64,000 bases of DNA from Candidatus Aminicenantes bacterium. Lineage in GTDB: Bacteria > Acidobacteriota > Aminicenantia > Aminicenantales > Aminicenantaceae. The stretch's first letter is position 1. Each line of letters starts with the position of its first letter. A program made the translations under genes and the position numbers. Where the stretch lies: the NCBI GenBank assembly GCA_046483285.1, contig JAWODN010000119.1:6015-70014 (forward strand), given 5' to 3'. Positions 9,612 to 21,931 of this stretch are shown here, in pieces. The notes beneath the pieces were generated by a model, which ran no database searches, was not told the DNA's origin, and saw nothing but the letters and a program-made list of their open reading frames with translations.

Positions 9612-11160
9612 GGGATTCGGTCATATGCTCAATTTTTTCTGAATTTTTTCCCGGAATTTTATCCTGCACAAAAACGGATTGCCGGTTTTGGACCTGGTTT
9701 ATGATGAACTCAACCGAGGCCTCCATCTTTTCTAGAAAAGGACGGGGATAGATGCCCATTAAGAAAATCAGGATCAAGATGGGAATGAAATATCCCAATT
9801 CCCTTTTGCTCAGATCATTAAACTGCTTAACATGCTGATGGGTTATAGGGCCTTGCATAACCCTCTGATACATCCATAAGAGATAAGCCGCTCCCAAAAT
9901 AATGGTGGTCACACCCAGTACGGCCATGAGCGGGCTGGTCTGAAATATTCCGAATAAACAAAGAACCTCTCCCACAAACCCGTTCAATCCGGGAAGGCCC
10001 GCGGAGGAGAGAATGACGATCAGAAAAACCGCCGCAAAAACCGGCATCCGGCGGCTGACGCCCCCGTAATCTTTTATCAAGCGGGTATGGGCCCGCTGGT
10101 AAAGGATGCCCACACAAAGAAACAAAGCGCCTGTGCTCAATCCATGATTCAGCATTTGATATATTGCGCCCTGCAGGGAATCCAAATTCACAGCGAAAAC
10201 AGCCAGCATGATTAATCCCATATGGCTGACGCTGGAATAGGCCACCAGGGATTTAACATCTTTTTGGGTTAAAGCCATCAAGGCCCCGTATATAATTCCA
10301 ATGACACTGAGAACCATGAGCAGGGGAACGAACTTTTCCACGGCTTCCGGAAAAAGGGGCAGCCCGAAACGCAAAAATCCGTAGGTGCCCATTTTGAGAA
10401 GCACTCCGGCCAGGATGACCGAACCGGCAGTGGGCGCTTCCACATGGGCATCCGGAAGCCAGGTGTGGAAGGGAAACATGGGAACTTTAATGGCGAAAGC
10501 AAGACCGAAGGCCAGAAAAAGCCAGGTCTGAATTCCGGGAGGCAATATAATTTCATAGAAGTCAAAAATATTGAGCGAAAAGACACCGGTCGCTTTATAG
10601 TACAGGGAATAGAGGAAAATAATCGCCACCAGCATCAGAAGGCTTCCGAACATGGTGAACAAGACGAATTTGACGGTGGCGTAAATGCGGCGTTTGCCGC
10701 CCCATATTCCGATTAAAAAATACATGGGAATGAGCATGGCTTCCCAGAAAATATAGAAAAGAAAAAGGTTGAGCGAAACGAACACACCGATGATGCCGCA
10801 CTGAAGCATCAGCATGAACATGTGATATTCTTTGACATGCTTTTCGATGGCGGTCCACGAAGAGAGGATGATGATCGGCATCAGAAAATTAGTCAGCAGC
10901 ACCAAAAGCAGGCTGATTCCGTCCACCCCCACGTGGTATTCCAGCCCGAATCCCAGCCACTGGGATTTTTCCGTAAACTGGGGGGCTGAGATTCCGTTTT
11001 CAAACCGGAAAAACAAGATCAAGGATAACAGGAAGTTGATAAGCGTGATTCCCAACGCCAAATGCCTTGCCAGGCGGTGTTCGTTCCGGTGGATAAAAAC
11101 AAAGAGAACCGCTCCCAGCAGCGGGAAAAAGGTCACAAGCGACACAATTGGTATATTCAT
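9604..11160 (-). CDS. nuoM: NADH-quinone oxidoreductase subunit M
   Basis: 518 aa, antiporter-like subunit with conserved 'HTWLPDAH' and 'AYSSVSHMG' blocks. Confidence 0.85.
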   Translation of the reverse strand: MNIPIVSLVTFFPLLGAVLFVFIHRNEHRLARHLALGITLINFLLSLILFFRFENGISAPQFTEKSQWLGFGLEYHVGVDGISLLLVLLTNFLMPIIILSSWTAIEKHVKEYHMFMLMLQCGIIGVFVSLNLFLFYIFWEAMLIPMYFLIGIWGGKRRIYATVKFVLFTMFGSLLMLVAIIFLYSLYYKATGVFSLNIFDFYEIILPPGIQTWLFLAFGLAFAIKVPMFPFHTWLPDAHVEAPTAGSVILAGVLLKMGTYGFLRFGLPLFPEAVEKFVPLLMVLSVIGIIYGALMALTQKDVKSLVAYSSVSHMGLIMLAVFAVNLDSLQGAIYQMLNHGLSTGALFLCVGILYQRAHTRLIKDYGGVSRRMPVFAAVFLIVILSSAGLPGLNGFVGEVLCLFGIFQTSPLMAVLGVTTIILGAAYLLWMYQRVMQGPITHQHVKQFNDLSKRELGYFIPILILIFLMGIYPRPFLEKMEASVEFIINQVQNRQSVFVQDKIPGKNSEKIEHMTESHE

Positions 11161-11163
11161 GGT

Positions 11164-13074
11164 TCAAAAAAGGAGATATCCCAAAAGAATAATCACTCCT
11201 AAAATAAATATAAGCGCATAATCTTTAAGCCAGCCCGTTTGAAAACGGCCCAGCCATTTCGACAATACTCCTGTGCTTTTGGCGGCCCCGTTGACGGCCC
11301 CGTCGATGATCTTGGTGTCGAAATGATCATAAATCCAGCTGGAACCCTTCAAGGTTGGGTTCACAAAAACAGCATGGTAGATTTCGTCCATGTAATATTT
11401 CTTGTAGACGAGACGGTACAGCCACGGAAAGCGGAGAGCCAGGGAATGGGGGATGGAAGGCTCCCGGACATGAAAGATATAGAACATATAAGCGATGAAA
11501 ATCCCCAGAAAAGCGGCGAAGACTGAAATCAAAATCAGCATCCATTCGGTTCCGAGTCCCACATGAATCTCGTATTCGGGAGGAATAACCGAAGTTAAAA
11601 ACACAAAAAACCTATTAGCTTTTTCACCCACAACCATGGGTAATCCGACATATCCCGCTGCAACAGAAAAGAAAGCCAGCACCATCAGGGGAACCGTCAT
11701 GATCGGAGGTGACTCATGAAGATGCTTCTTGGTTTCCGCGTCCATGCGCTCTTCCCCGTGAAAAATCAGGAATATCAAGCGGAAGGCGTAAAAGGCGGTG
11801 AGCACGGCGCCTAAAACACCCAGCAGCCACACAAAATACTGTCCTTGGGCGAAAGCCTGGACCAGGATGGCGTCTTTGGAGAAAAATCCGGAAAAAAACG
11901 GCACTCCGGCGAGAGCGATGCCTCCGATGAGAAAGGCAGGGTACGTGCGGGGAAGATATTTCCGCAATCCTCCCATTTTCTGCATATTCAATTCCCCGGA
12001 GAGGGCGTGCATAACACTTCCGGCGGCCAAGAACAAAAGGCTCTTGAAGAAGGCGTGAGTGAAAAGATGAAAAATCCCGGCTGCGTAAGCCCCCACGCCG
12101 CATCCAATGAACATATAACCGATTTGGGAAATTGTGGAATAAGCCAGAACCCGCTTGATATCGTGTTGGGTCAGGGCCATCGTGGCGGCATAAACAGCGG
12201 TCAGGGCCCCGATAACCGCCACCACCTGGGATGCGGTTATTGAGAGGGCATAGAGGGTATTCAGCCGGGCCACCATATAGACCCCCGCGGTCACCATGGT
12301 GGCCGCATGAATAAGAGCGCTGACCGGAGTCGGCCCTTCCATCGCATCCGGCAGCCACACGTAAAGAGGGATTTGGGCGGATTTGCCGGTCGCTCCGGCA
12401 AACAAAAGCAAACCAACAAGCGTCGCCAGGCCGGTGGTGATTTCACCGCTTATCGCCATGTGAGTGATATGAGAAAACTGAGTGCTTCCGAGGTGCACGA
12501 ATATAAACAGGATCCCCAATAAAAAGGCGGCATCACCGACCCGGTTGACCAAGAAGGCTTTCTTGCCGGCATCAGCGGCGGAAGGCTTTTCAAACCAGAA
12601 TCCGATCAAAAGATAGGAACACAGGCCGACACCTTCCCATCCCACAAACATCAAAACCAAATTATCCGCCATGACCAAAATAAGCATGGCGAAGATAAAT
12701 AGATTCATATAAGTGAAAAACCGGCTGAAGCTTAGGTCATCAGACATATACCCGGTGGAATAAACATGGATCAGAAAACCCACTCCGGTGACCACCAAGG
12801 TCATAATGGACGTCAGCGGATCGAACTGAAAGGCGAAATCAGCATGAAAACGCCCCGCTTCAATCCAGGGGAATAGGTTTTTGGTCAAAGGAAGGAGAGC
12901 ATGCGGGATCTTAAGCAAACTGAAAAAAGAGATCAGGGAAATAACAAATGACAGAAAAACCGCACCGCAGGCCTGGATAGAAATGCATTTTTTCGGCAAA
13001 CGGGCGCCGAACACAGCGAGTATAAGAGCACTGAGGGCGGGGAGAAAAGGAATGAGCCAAAAAATATTCGCCAT
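11164..13074 (-). CDS. nuoL: NADH-quinone oxidoreductase subunit L
   Basis: 636 aa, longest antiporter-like subunit with 'WLPDAMEGPTPVSALIHAATMV' and 'AYSTISQIGYM' blocks. Confidence 0.85.
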   Translation of the reverse strand: MANIFWLIPFLPALSALILAVFGARLPKKCISIQACGAVFLSFVISLISFFSLLKIPHALLPLTKNLFPWIEAGRFHADFAFQFDPLTSIMTLVVTGVGFLIHVYSTGYMSDDLSFSRFFTYMNLFIFAMLILVMADNLVLMFVGWEGVGLCSYLLIGFWFEKPSAADAGKKAFLVNRVGDAAFLLGILFIFVHLGSTQFSHITHMAISGEITTGLATLVGLLLFAGATGKSAQIPLYVWLPDAMEGPTPVSALIHAATMVTAGVYMVARLNTLYALSITASQVVAVIGALTAVYAATMALTQHDIKRVLAYSTISQIGYMFIGCGVGAYAAGIFHLFTHAFFKSLLFLAAGSVMHALSGELNMQKMGGLRKYLPRTYPAFLIGGIALAGVPFFSGFFSKDAILVQAFAQGQYFVWLLGVLGAVLTAFYAFRLIFLIFHGEERMDAETKKHLHESPPIMTVPLMVLAFFSVAAGYVGLPMVVGEKANRFFVFLTSVIPPEYEIHVGLGTEWMLILISVFAAFLGIFIAYMFYIFHVREPSIPHSLALRFPWLYRLVYKKYYMDEIYHAVFVNPTLKGSSWIYDHFDTKIIDGAVNGAAKSTGVLSKWLGRFQTGWLKDYALIFILGVIILLGYLLF

Positions 13075-13075
13075 G

Positions 13076-13378
13076 TCAGCCTTTCATCAATGTCATATCT
13101 TCACTTTTAACCGTCTTGCGCTGACGGTAGATCAAGAGGATGATCGCTAATCCCACCGCAGCTTCCGCTGCCGCCACGGTTATGATGAAAAACACAATCA
13201 CCTGACCGTCGATAACAGAAAAAGACCTTGAAAACGCGATAAACGCGAGATTGGCGGCGTTAAGCATCACTTCTATGGACATAAACTGGGTGATAAGGTC
13301 TTTTTTGAATAAAAATCCTATCACACCGAGTCCGAACAGCACGGCGCTCAAAATCAAGAAGTAATTTGTGGGTATCAT
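13076..13378 (-). CDS. nuoK: NADH-quinone oxidoreductase subunit K
   Basis: 100 aa, three TM helices. The C-terminal 'AAAEAAVGLAIIL' region is typical of NuoK. Confidence 0.85.
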   Translation of the reverse strand: MIPTNYFLILSAVLFGLGVIGFLFKKDLITQFMSIEVMLNAANLAFIAFSRSFSVIDGQVIVFFIITVAAAEAAVGLAIILLIYRQRKTVKSEDMTLMKG

Positions 13379-13884
13379 TTTTTATTTGCTTTCTTGACTA
13401 AAACAATCGCTCCCACCATTGCCCCGATAATCAGGATAGATGTGATCTCAAAGGGATAAAGATATTTGGTGAAGAGAATCTCGCCCATGGCGGCCGGACT
13501 TCCGATGTGTTCATGCACCAGGGGAGTGGCGGGAAAAAAAGCGGATTTCAGGGCGATTATTAATTCAACCGCTAATATGATTCCGATAACCGTGACCGGG
13601 ATGCGGATTCGTCTTTTTTTTTCCGGGGAGAATCCTTTTCCGACGTCGATCATCATGATGGCGAAAATAAAAAGCACCATGATGGCTCCGGCGTAGATAA
13701 TGATCTGGACCACGGCGATGAAAGGAGCTTGCATAAGACCGAAAAGGCCGGCGGTGCCGGCCAGAGCCAAGATAAGGAATAATGCGGAATAAGCTGGATT
13801 TTTACTTAGGATCATTGCTATGACGGAAGCAACACATATGAAGCTGAGCAGGAAAAATAAAAAATGAACCATTTTGGGAGTCAT
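13375..13884 (-). CDS. nuoJ: NADH-quinone oxidoreductase subunit J
   Basis: 169 aa membrane protein lying immediately upstream of nuoK in the operon. Confidence 0.75.
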   Translation of the reverse strand: MTPKMVHFLFFLLSFICVASVIAMILSKNPAYSALFLILALAGTAGLFGLMQAPFIAVVQIIIYAGAIMVLFIFAIMMIDVGKGFSPEKKRRIRIPVTVIGIILAVELIIALKSAFFPATPLVHEHIGSPAAMGEILFTKYLYPFEITSILIIGAMVGAIVLVKKANKK

Positions 13885-13935
13885 TATATTTATTGAGTTC
13901 GTAGGATGTCAAGTAAATATTTGACAAAATATGCT

Positions 13936-13963
13936 TTGACAAGTTAAGCCTTTCTGCTATAAT
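13936..13963 (+). promoter_or_regulatory. consensus sigma-70 promoter for initiator tRNA (TTGACA-N16-TATAAT)
   Basis: A perfect -35 TTGACA (13936-13941) and a perfect -10 TATAAT (13958-13963) with a 16-nt spacer. The predicted transcription start lies about 7-12 nt before the tRNA 5' end. A second TTGACA sits 15 nt further upstream. Confidence 0.6.
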
Positions 13964-13974
13964 AGGCTTCAAGT

Positions 13975-14051
<77 letters not shown>

Positions 14052-14375
14052 TCTCTTTATTCCAAAACATTCCTTCCGCTATCATTTTCCTTGTTCGACG
14101 CTGCAGTTTTAGGATGGGGATCCGTGCCGCTCAGAAATCCCCTGATTTAAGTCTCCAGCCGGAATGGTGAGCGGGCCGAACCTCACCCCTATCTGCCGTG
14201 CTGCCGGCAATGACGCTGTGGATCCTCATGGCGAACCCCTTGATTAATCCGATACTGTTTGATAAGAATTTGTCCCGGTCAGCCGTACATGACATGTGTT
14301 TTGTCCTCTTTTATGCTTTGACGGTTTCACTTTTTCTCAGGTTTAAATCCCGGAATCGCCGAAATCCGCATTGTT

Positions 14376-14391
14376 TGGCATGATTTTTGAA
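14376..14391 (+). promoter_or_regulatory. sigma-54-like promoter element (TGGCAT-N5-TTGAA), copy 2 of the repeated motif
   Basis: The sequence 'ttgtTTGGCATgatttTTGAAgg' lies 57-72 nt upstream of the 14448 ATG. Confidence 0.25.
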
Positions 14392-14447
14392 GGGAATAGG
14401 AATTGAAAACAGCTTTATGTGAAATAACTCTGTTATCAGGAGGAAAA

Positions 14448-17400
14448 ATGAACCCGCGCATTTTTTATAAAACCGCCGGTATGACATTGTTTATCGTTTT
14501 GATTTTCACCGCCTATCCAGTGGAGGCGCAGTATTTCGGCCGCAACAAAGTTCAGTATGACACATTTGACTTCAAAGTGATCAGCACCAAAAATTTTGAC
14601 CTTTATTTTTATCCGGAGGGAGAAGAGGCCGCCCGGATGGCCGCCCGGATGGCGGAAAGGTGGTATTCCCGGCTGTCCCGGATATTGCAGCATGAGCTGT
14701 CCGGCCGGCAGATCCTCATTTTATACACCAGCGGACCTCATTTCCAGCAGACCACCGCCATTCCCAGAATTTTAGGGGAAGGCGTCGGAGGTGTGACGGA
14801 AAGCCTCAAGCGGAGAATCGTGCTTCCCATGTCGGCATCATTAGAGGAATCCAACCATGTGATCGGTCATGAATTGGTCCATGCCTTTCAATATGATATC
14901 ACCGGCCAGTATCATTCTGATTTCGCCCGCGTCGCTCCCTCCATCCAGCGCCTCCCTCTTTGGTTTGTGGAAGGGATGGCGGAATACCTGTCCTTAGGAC
15001 CCGTGGACTCTCATACCGCCATGTGGATGCGGGATATCCTGAAAAAAGAAGAACTTCCCGGAATTCATCAACTGAATAATCCCCGATATTTCCCTTATCG
15101 GTACGGGCATGCGGTTTGGGCCTATATAACCGGAAGATGGGGCGACCAGGCCGTTCCGGGAATCCTGAAGCGCGTCGGGCGGGCCGGTGACTACCGGACC
15201 GCAATTAAAGAGGTCACAGGCGAGGATATCAAAGACATTTCCCAGTCATGGCATAAATCTTTAAGAGAGGCTTATCAACCGGTTCAGGAACGAACTCTGA
15301 TGGTGGATGAACTGAGCGAGCCCCTTATTCCCGGAACCCGTCAGAACTCCTTGAATATATCACCGGCTCTGAGCCCGGACGGAAAAAGCCTGGTGTTTTT
15401 GTCCACCAAGGATATTTTTTCCATTGATATGTTTCTCGCCGATGCCGAAACCGGCGAGTTCAAGCGCAAGCTGGTCAGCACTGCGGTCAATCCTCATTTT
15501 TCCAGCCTTCAGTTCACCAGATCAGCGGGAAGCTGGGATTTTGACGGCCGCCGTTTTGTGTTCGGAGCGGTGACCGGGGGGGATCCGGTTTTAAGCATAT
15601 TGAATATTCCCTCCGGAGACAAAGTCCGGGAAATCAGATTTCCGGAATTAGGAGAGGTGCTCAATCCGGCCTGGTCTCCGGACGGCCGAAATATTGTTTT
15701 TTCCGCTTTGGACGGGGGGGTTTCCAATCTGTTTCTCTACGATTTGGAGACCGATCAGTTGACAAAATTAACCGATGACCCTTATGCCGATCTTTATCCG
15801 GCCTGGTCTCCGGACGGCCGGAAAATCGCCTTTTCCACCGACCGATTTTCAACAGATCTGGCTCTCTTGGATATAGGCCATTTCGAGTTGGCCATGCTGG
15901 ACATACAAACACGAAAAATTCAAAAGCTGCCGGGTTTCTCCGAGGCGAAAAATATAAATCCCCAGTGGTCCTCCGATTCCCGGGAGCTGTACTTTATTTC
16001 CGACCGCACAGGAATTTCCAACTTGTATAATTTGGATCTGGAAACCGAAACCATCACTCAAATCACCGACTTATACACCGGAGTTTCCGGAATCACGGAG
16101 CTCAGCCCGGCGCTTTCGGTTGCCAGTGCGACCGAAAAATTAGCTTACTGCATTTACGAAAACGATTATTACAGCATTTATTCCGTCGAATCGGGCCGGG
16201 AATTGATCCGCGGCGAACAGACGGTGTATACGGAGCTGCGGCCTTCGGTTTTGCCCCCCCGCTCTCAACCGGAAGGAACGGTGGCAGGCTTGCTCCGGAA
16301 TCCATTATTCGGGCTCCCGGAGGCGAGGGAATATCAGCCTGAGGATTATAAGTCCGCCCTGACTCTGGATTATATCGCTCCGCCTCAAATGGCGGTGGGA
16401 GTGGACCGGTTCGGCACCTACGGGGGGGGCGGAATCGCCTTGTTTTTCAGCGATGTTTTGGGTTACCAGAGCCTTGCCACTATGGCCCAGGTGAGCTCCC
16501 GTATTCTGAATTCAGCGGCAGCGGTGAGTTATTTATATAAACAATACCGGTGGAATTTCGGCGGTGTCGCCCAGAGGATGCCTTATGTGACCGGAGGATT
16601 CACCCAATCCGTCCAAAATGTGCGGGGGGAGCCGGCTTTGGTGGAACAGGAGTTCACATTCCGCCAGGTCAATTACCAAGTGTCAGCCTTGGCTGAATAC
16701 CCTTTCAGCCAGGTTTTTCGATTTGAATTATCAGGCGGATATCAATATCTCAATTTCGACCGCGAAGTCCGCACCCGGGCCGTCTCGCTTATTGACAATG
16801 CCACGCTTATCAATGAGAAGGAAAGCCTGCCCGCCCCGGACAGCCTGCATTTCGGACGAGGAAGCGCCGCCCTGGTCTATGACAGCTCTTATGTTGGAGC
16901 CACCAGTCCGGTGCTGGGCCAGCGCTACCGGATGGAAGTGTCTCCCATGGCGGGATCCATTAATTTTGCGGAGGTTCTGACGGATTACCGCCGATATTTT
17001 ATGCCGGTCCAACCTTTCACCCTGGCGTTCCGTTTCATGCACTACGGCCGCTATGGTCCCGGCGCGGAAGACAGCCGTCTCTATCCCTTATTCATGGGTT
17101 ATCAAACCATGGTCAGAGGATATAACACCGCGTCCTTCAGCGCCGAAGAATGCGGTGAAGAAGGCTGTCAGGTTTTCAATCAATTATTCGGCAGTAAAAT
17201 GATGGTGGCCAATCTGGAGCTGAGATTTCCTCTTTTCAATGTGCTGGGTATAGGCAGGGGATTTTACGGGATTCTGCCTGTTGAGTTTTCTGCTTTTTTT
17301 GACAGCGGCCTGGCCTGGAACACCCAGGATAAAGCCTGGTTTTTGGGAGGGGACCGCCGGCCGGTCAAAAGCGCGGGCATCGGTCTGCGCATGAATATTT

Positions 17401-17495
17401 TCGGCTATGCCATCGCCGGAATCAGCTATGTGTATCCTTTTGACCGGCCCAATAAAGACGCCTACTTTCAGTTTTGGCTGACTCCCGGCTTTTAA
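14448..17495 (+). CDS. secreted multidomain protein: HExxH zincin peptidase, TolB-like beta-propeller and C-terminal Omp85-type beta-barrel
   Basis: A strong RBS 'caggaggaaaaATG' precedes the 14448 start, and a signal peptide ends at 'VEA/QYF'. The metallopeptidase motif is 'GHELVHAFQYD'. Repeated 'PAWSPDG' blades mark the propeller. The last roughly 400 aa alternate hydrophobic and polar residues and end in '...YFQFWLTPGF' (terminal F), which is typical of Omp85/BamA barrels. Confidence 0.75.
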   Translation: MNPRIFYKTAGMTLFIVLIFTAYPVEAQYFGRNKVQYDTFDFKVISTKNFDLYFYPEGEEAARMAARMAERWYSRLSRILQHELSGRQILILYTSGPHFQQTTAIPRILGEGVGGVTESLKRRIVLPMSASLEESNHVIGHELVHAFQYDITGQYHSDFARVAPSIQRLPLWFVEGMAEYLSLGPVDSHTAMWMRDILKKEELPGIHQLNNPRYFPYRYGHAVWAYITGRWGDQAVPGILKRVGRAGDYRTAIKEVTGEDIKDISQSWHKSLREAYQPVQERTLMVDELSEPLIPGTRQNSLNISPALSPDGKSLVFLSTKDIFSIDMFLADAETGEFKRKLVSTAVNPHFSSLQFTRSAGSWDFDGRRFVFGAVTGGDPVLSILNIPSGDKVREIRFPELGEVLNPAWSPDGRNIVFSALDGGVSNLFLYDLETDQLTKLTDDPYADLYPAWSPDGRKIAFSTDRFSTDLALLDIGHFELAMLDIQTRKIQKLPGFSEAKNINPQWSSDSRELYFISDRTGISNLYNLDLETETITQITDLYTGVSGITELSPALSVASATEKLAYCIYENDYYSIYSVESGRELIRGEQTVYTELRPSVLPPRSQPEGTVAGLLRNPLFGLPEAREYQPEDYKSALTLDYIAPPQMAVGVDRFGTYGGGGIALFFSDVLGYQSLATMAQVSSRILNSAAAVSYLYKQYRWNFGGVAQRMPYVTGGFTQSVQNVRGEPALVEQEFTFRQVNYQVSALAEYPFSQVFRFELSGGYQYLNFDREVRTRAVSLIDNATLINEKESLPAPDSLHFGRGSAALVYDSSYVGATSPVLGQRYRMEVSPMAGSINFAEVLTDYRRYFMPVQPFTLAFRFMHYGRYGPGAEDSRLYPLFMGYQTMVRGYNTASFSAEECGEEGCQVFNQLFGSKMMVANLELRFPLFNVLGIGRGFYGILPVEFSAFFDSGLAWNTQDKAWFLGGDRRPVKSAGIGLRMNIFGYAIAGISYVYPFDRPNKDAYFQFWLTPGF

Positions 17496-17551
17496 GTCAA
17501 GATAGGATTATACGTAAGCCTGAACCCAGGGAGCGAAAGGAGATGGTTTAA

Positions 17552-19945
17552 ATGAAATATATCAAATGGTTTGAAGAAGTCGGTTCAGGAGAAGTGCCCC
17601 AGGTGGGCGGTAAAAATGCCTCCCTCGGCGAGATGATTTCTCAATTGAAAAGTCAAGGCATCCGCATTCCGGATGGATTCGCCACCACTTCGGAGGCATA
17701 CCGTTTGGTTGTCAAAGAAAATGATATAGAGGAACAGCTGAAAAACACATTTAAAGAATTGGAAAACGGCAATATCTCTCTTGGAAAAACCGGCAAGAAA
17801 ATCCGCCGTCTGTTCACAAAGGCAAGCATTCCGGATGAGCTGGAGAAGGAATTGAGAAAAGCTTATCAAGAACTTTCCCGCAAATATAAGTCGGATGAAG
17901 TGGATGTGGCGGTAAGGAGTTCGGCGACGGCGGAAGACCTTCCGGAAGCCAGTTTCGCCGGTCAGCAGGAGACATTTCTAAACGTTACCGGGGAGGAGGA
18001 GCTGCTGGAGGCCTGCCGTAAATGTTACGCTTCCCTTTTTACCGACCGTGCGATTTCCTATCGGCGGGAAAAGGGATTCGATCATCTTAAAATCGCTCTT
18101 TCCGTGGGTGTGCAAAAAATGGTTAGAGCGGATAAGGGCGGTTCAGGGGTTATGTTTTCTTTGGACACGGAGACCGGATTCCGGGACGTCGTGGTCATAA
18201 ACGCAGCCTGGGGGCTGGGTGAAAATGTGGTGCAGGGCTCGGTTAATCCGGATGAATACCGGGTGTTTAAACCTTTGCTGGGCAAAAAAGATCTTCAGCC
18301 TGTTATCCAGAAAGAATTGGGTTCCAAGGAGAAGAAGATGGTGTATGCTGGCGGCGGCAGCCGGGACACCAAAAATGTTGAGACCTCAAAGAACGAAAGG
18401 GCGGGATACGTTCTCAATGATGATGAGATTTTAAAATTGGCGGAATGGGCGGTTGTTATCGAAGACCATTATGATAAGCCCATGGATATGGAATGGGCCA
18501 AGGACGGGGAGTCCGGGGATCTGTTTATTGTGCAGGCGCGGCCGGAGACCGTTCAGTCGCTTAAAACCGCCGGTCAGATGAAAGCATACCGCCTCAAGGA
18601 AAAAGGAAAAAAAATCATCGAAGGCCTGGCTATAGGTGAAGCCGTAGCCGCCGGGAAATCACAAATCATTAAAGACCCTGATCAAATAGACCGGTTTGAA
18701 GAAAACGCCATTCTGGTGACGGGGCAGACCGATCCCGACTGGGTGCCTGTCATGAAAAAAGCCTCCGGGATTGTGACGGACCATGGGGGGCGCACCTCCC
18801 ATGCCGCCATCGTCAGCCGGGAACTGGGGATTCCGGCCGTGGTCGGCACTGGAGAGGCCACTTCCAGCCTGAAGGACGGCAGCGAGATAACCATATCCTG
18901 TGTGGAAGGGGATAAGGGCATAGTCTATGACGGGATTTTGGATTTTGAAGAAAAAGAGGTGGATCTGGAGAAAATTCCGGAAACCCGAACCCGGATTATG
19001 ATGAATATCGCCAGCCCGGCGGCGGCTTTCCGCTGGTGGCGGCTGCGGGCTCAAGGAATCGGGCTGGCCCGAATGGAATTCATCATCAATAACATCATAA
19101 AAATTCATCCTATGGCTCTGGTCGATTTCGATTCTCTTTCCGATAAAAAAGCCAAACATGACATTGAAACACTGACCCGGGGATTCGATAACAAGGGCGA
19201 TTACTTTGTCGAGCATCTGTCCCGGGGCATCGCACGAATCGCCGCTTCCCAGTATCCGGAGCCTGTCATTGTGCGCATGAGTGATTTTAAAACCAATGAA
19301 TACGCCAATTTGATTGGCGGCAGGGAATTCGAGCCGGGTGAGGCTAATCCCATGCTGGGATTGCGGGGGGCGTCCCGCTATTACAGTGATCATTACCGGG
19401 AGGGATTCCGCTTGGAATGCCGGGGTATTCAGCGTGCCCGGGATGAAATCGGACTGGATAATGTTGTTGTTATGATCCCTTTCTGCCGCACCCTGGAGGA
19501 AGCGGATAAGATTTTGGAGGTTCTTGCGGAAAACGGATTGGAGAGGGGGAAGAACGGACTGGAAGTGTATGTGATGATCGAAATCCCTTCCAACGTGATT
19601 TTGGCGGAGGAATTCGCCCGCCGTTTTGACGGTTTTTCCATCGGAACCAATGATTTGACCCAGTTGATTTTGGGAGTTGACCGTGATTCAGAAGAATTAT
19701 CTGGAATTTATGATGAGCGCAACGAGGCGGTGAAAAGCATGATCCGTCAAGTCATAGAACGAGCTCATAAGCATGAGACCAAGGTGGGGATCTGCGGGCA
19801 GGCCCCCAGTGATCATCCGGATTTCGCCGCTTTCCTGGTGGAGGCGGGAATCGATTCCATTTCTCTTAATCCGGACAGCGTGATTGACGTCAAAGAAAAG
19901 GTGCATAAAAAAGAAAAAGAATTGAAGAAAAGAAGGGATGAATAA
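17552..19945 (+). CDS. ppsA: phosphoenolpyruvate synthase (pyruvate, water dikinase)
   Basis: 797 aa. The N-terminus 'FEEVGSGEVPQVGGKNASLGEM' matches PpsA. The mobile phosphohistidine domain is 'GGRTSHAAIVSRELGIPAVVG', followed by a C-terminal PEP-utilising TIM barrel. The RBS is 'aaaggag'. Confidence 0.9.
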   Translation: MKYIKWFEEVGSGEVPQVGGKNASLGEMISQLKSQGIRIPDGFATTSEAYRLVVKENDIEEQLKNTFKELENGNISLGKTGKKIRRLFTKASIPDELEKELRKAYQELSRKYKSDEVDVAVRSSATAEDLPEASFAGQQETFLNVTGEEELLEACRKCYASLFTDRAISYRREKGFDHLKIALSVGVQKMVRADKGGSGVMFSLDTETGFRDVVVINAAWGLGENVVQGSVNPDEYRVFKPLLGKKDLQPVIQKELGSKEKKMVYAGGGSRDTKNVETSKNERAGYVLNDDEILKLAEWAVVIEDHYDKPMDMEWAKDGESGDLFIVQARPETVQSLKTAGQMKAYRLKEKGKKIIEGLAIGEAVAAGKSQIIKDPDQIDRFEENAILVTGQTDPDWVPVMKKASGIVTDHGGRTSHAAIVSRELGIPAVVGTGEATSSLKDGSEITISCVEGDKGIVYDGILDFEEKEVDLEKIPETRTRIMMNIASPAAAFRWWRLRAQGIGLARMEFIINNIIKIHPMALVDFDSLSDKKAKHDIETLTRGFDNKGDYFVEHLSRGIARIAASQYPEPVIVRMSDFKTNEYANLIGGREFEPGEANPMLGLRGASRYYSDHYREGFRLECRGIQRARDEIGLDNVVVMIPFCRTLEEADKILEVLAENGLERGKNGLEVYVMIEIPSNVILAEEFARRFDGFSIGTNDLTQLILGVDRDSEELSGIYDERNEAVKSMIRQVIERAHKHETKVGICGQAPSDHPDFAAFLVEAGIDSISLNPDSVIDVKEKVHKKEKELKKRRDE

Positions 19946-20057
19946 TTTTTTGTGTATTCCAGCCGGGGTGACGACAGGAGCGGGGCTTCCGCGAATTCGG
20001 TTTCCAGTATTTTTTTGATTCATTGAGAGAATTTGTGTTATGAATTTGATAGAATAA

Positions 20058-21923
<1,866 letters not shown>

Positions 21924-21931
<8 letters not shown>

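Noticed and set aside
11714-12358. 214-aa ORF inside nuoL (same strand, other frame), plus other long internal ORFs in the nuo, atp and pps genes (e.g. 18659..19393, 24410..25207, 20775..21125)
   Set aside because: They lie fully inside strongly supported genes. They have low-complexity Arg/Gly/Pro-rich translations and no RBS, so they are spurious frame artefacts.
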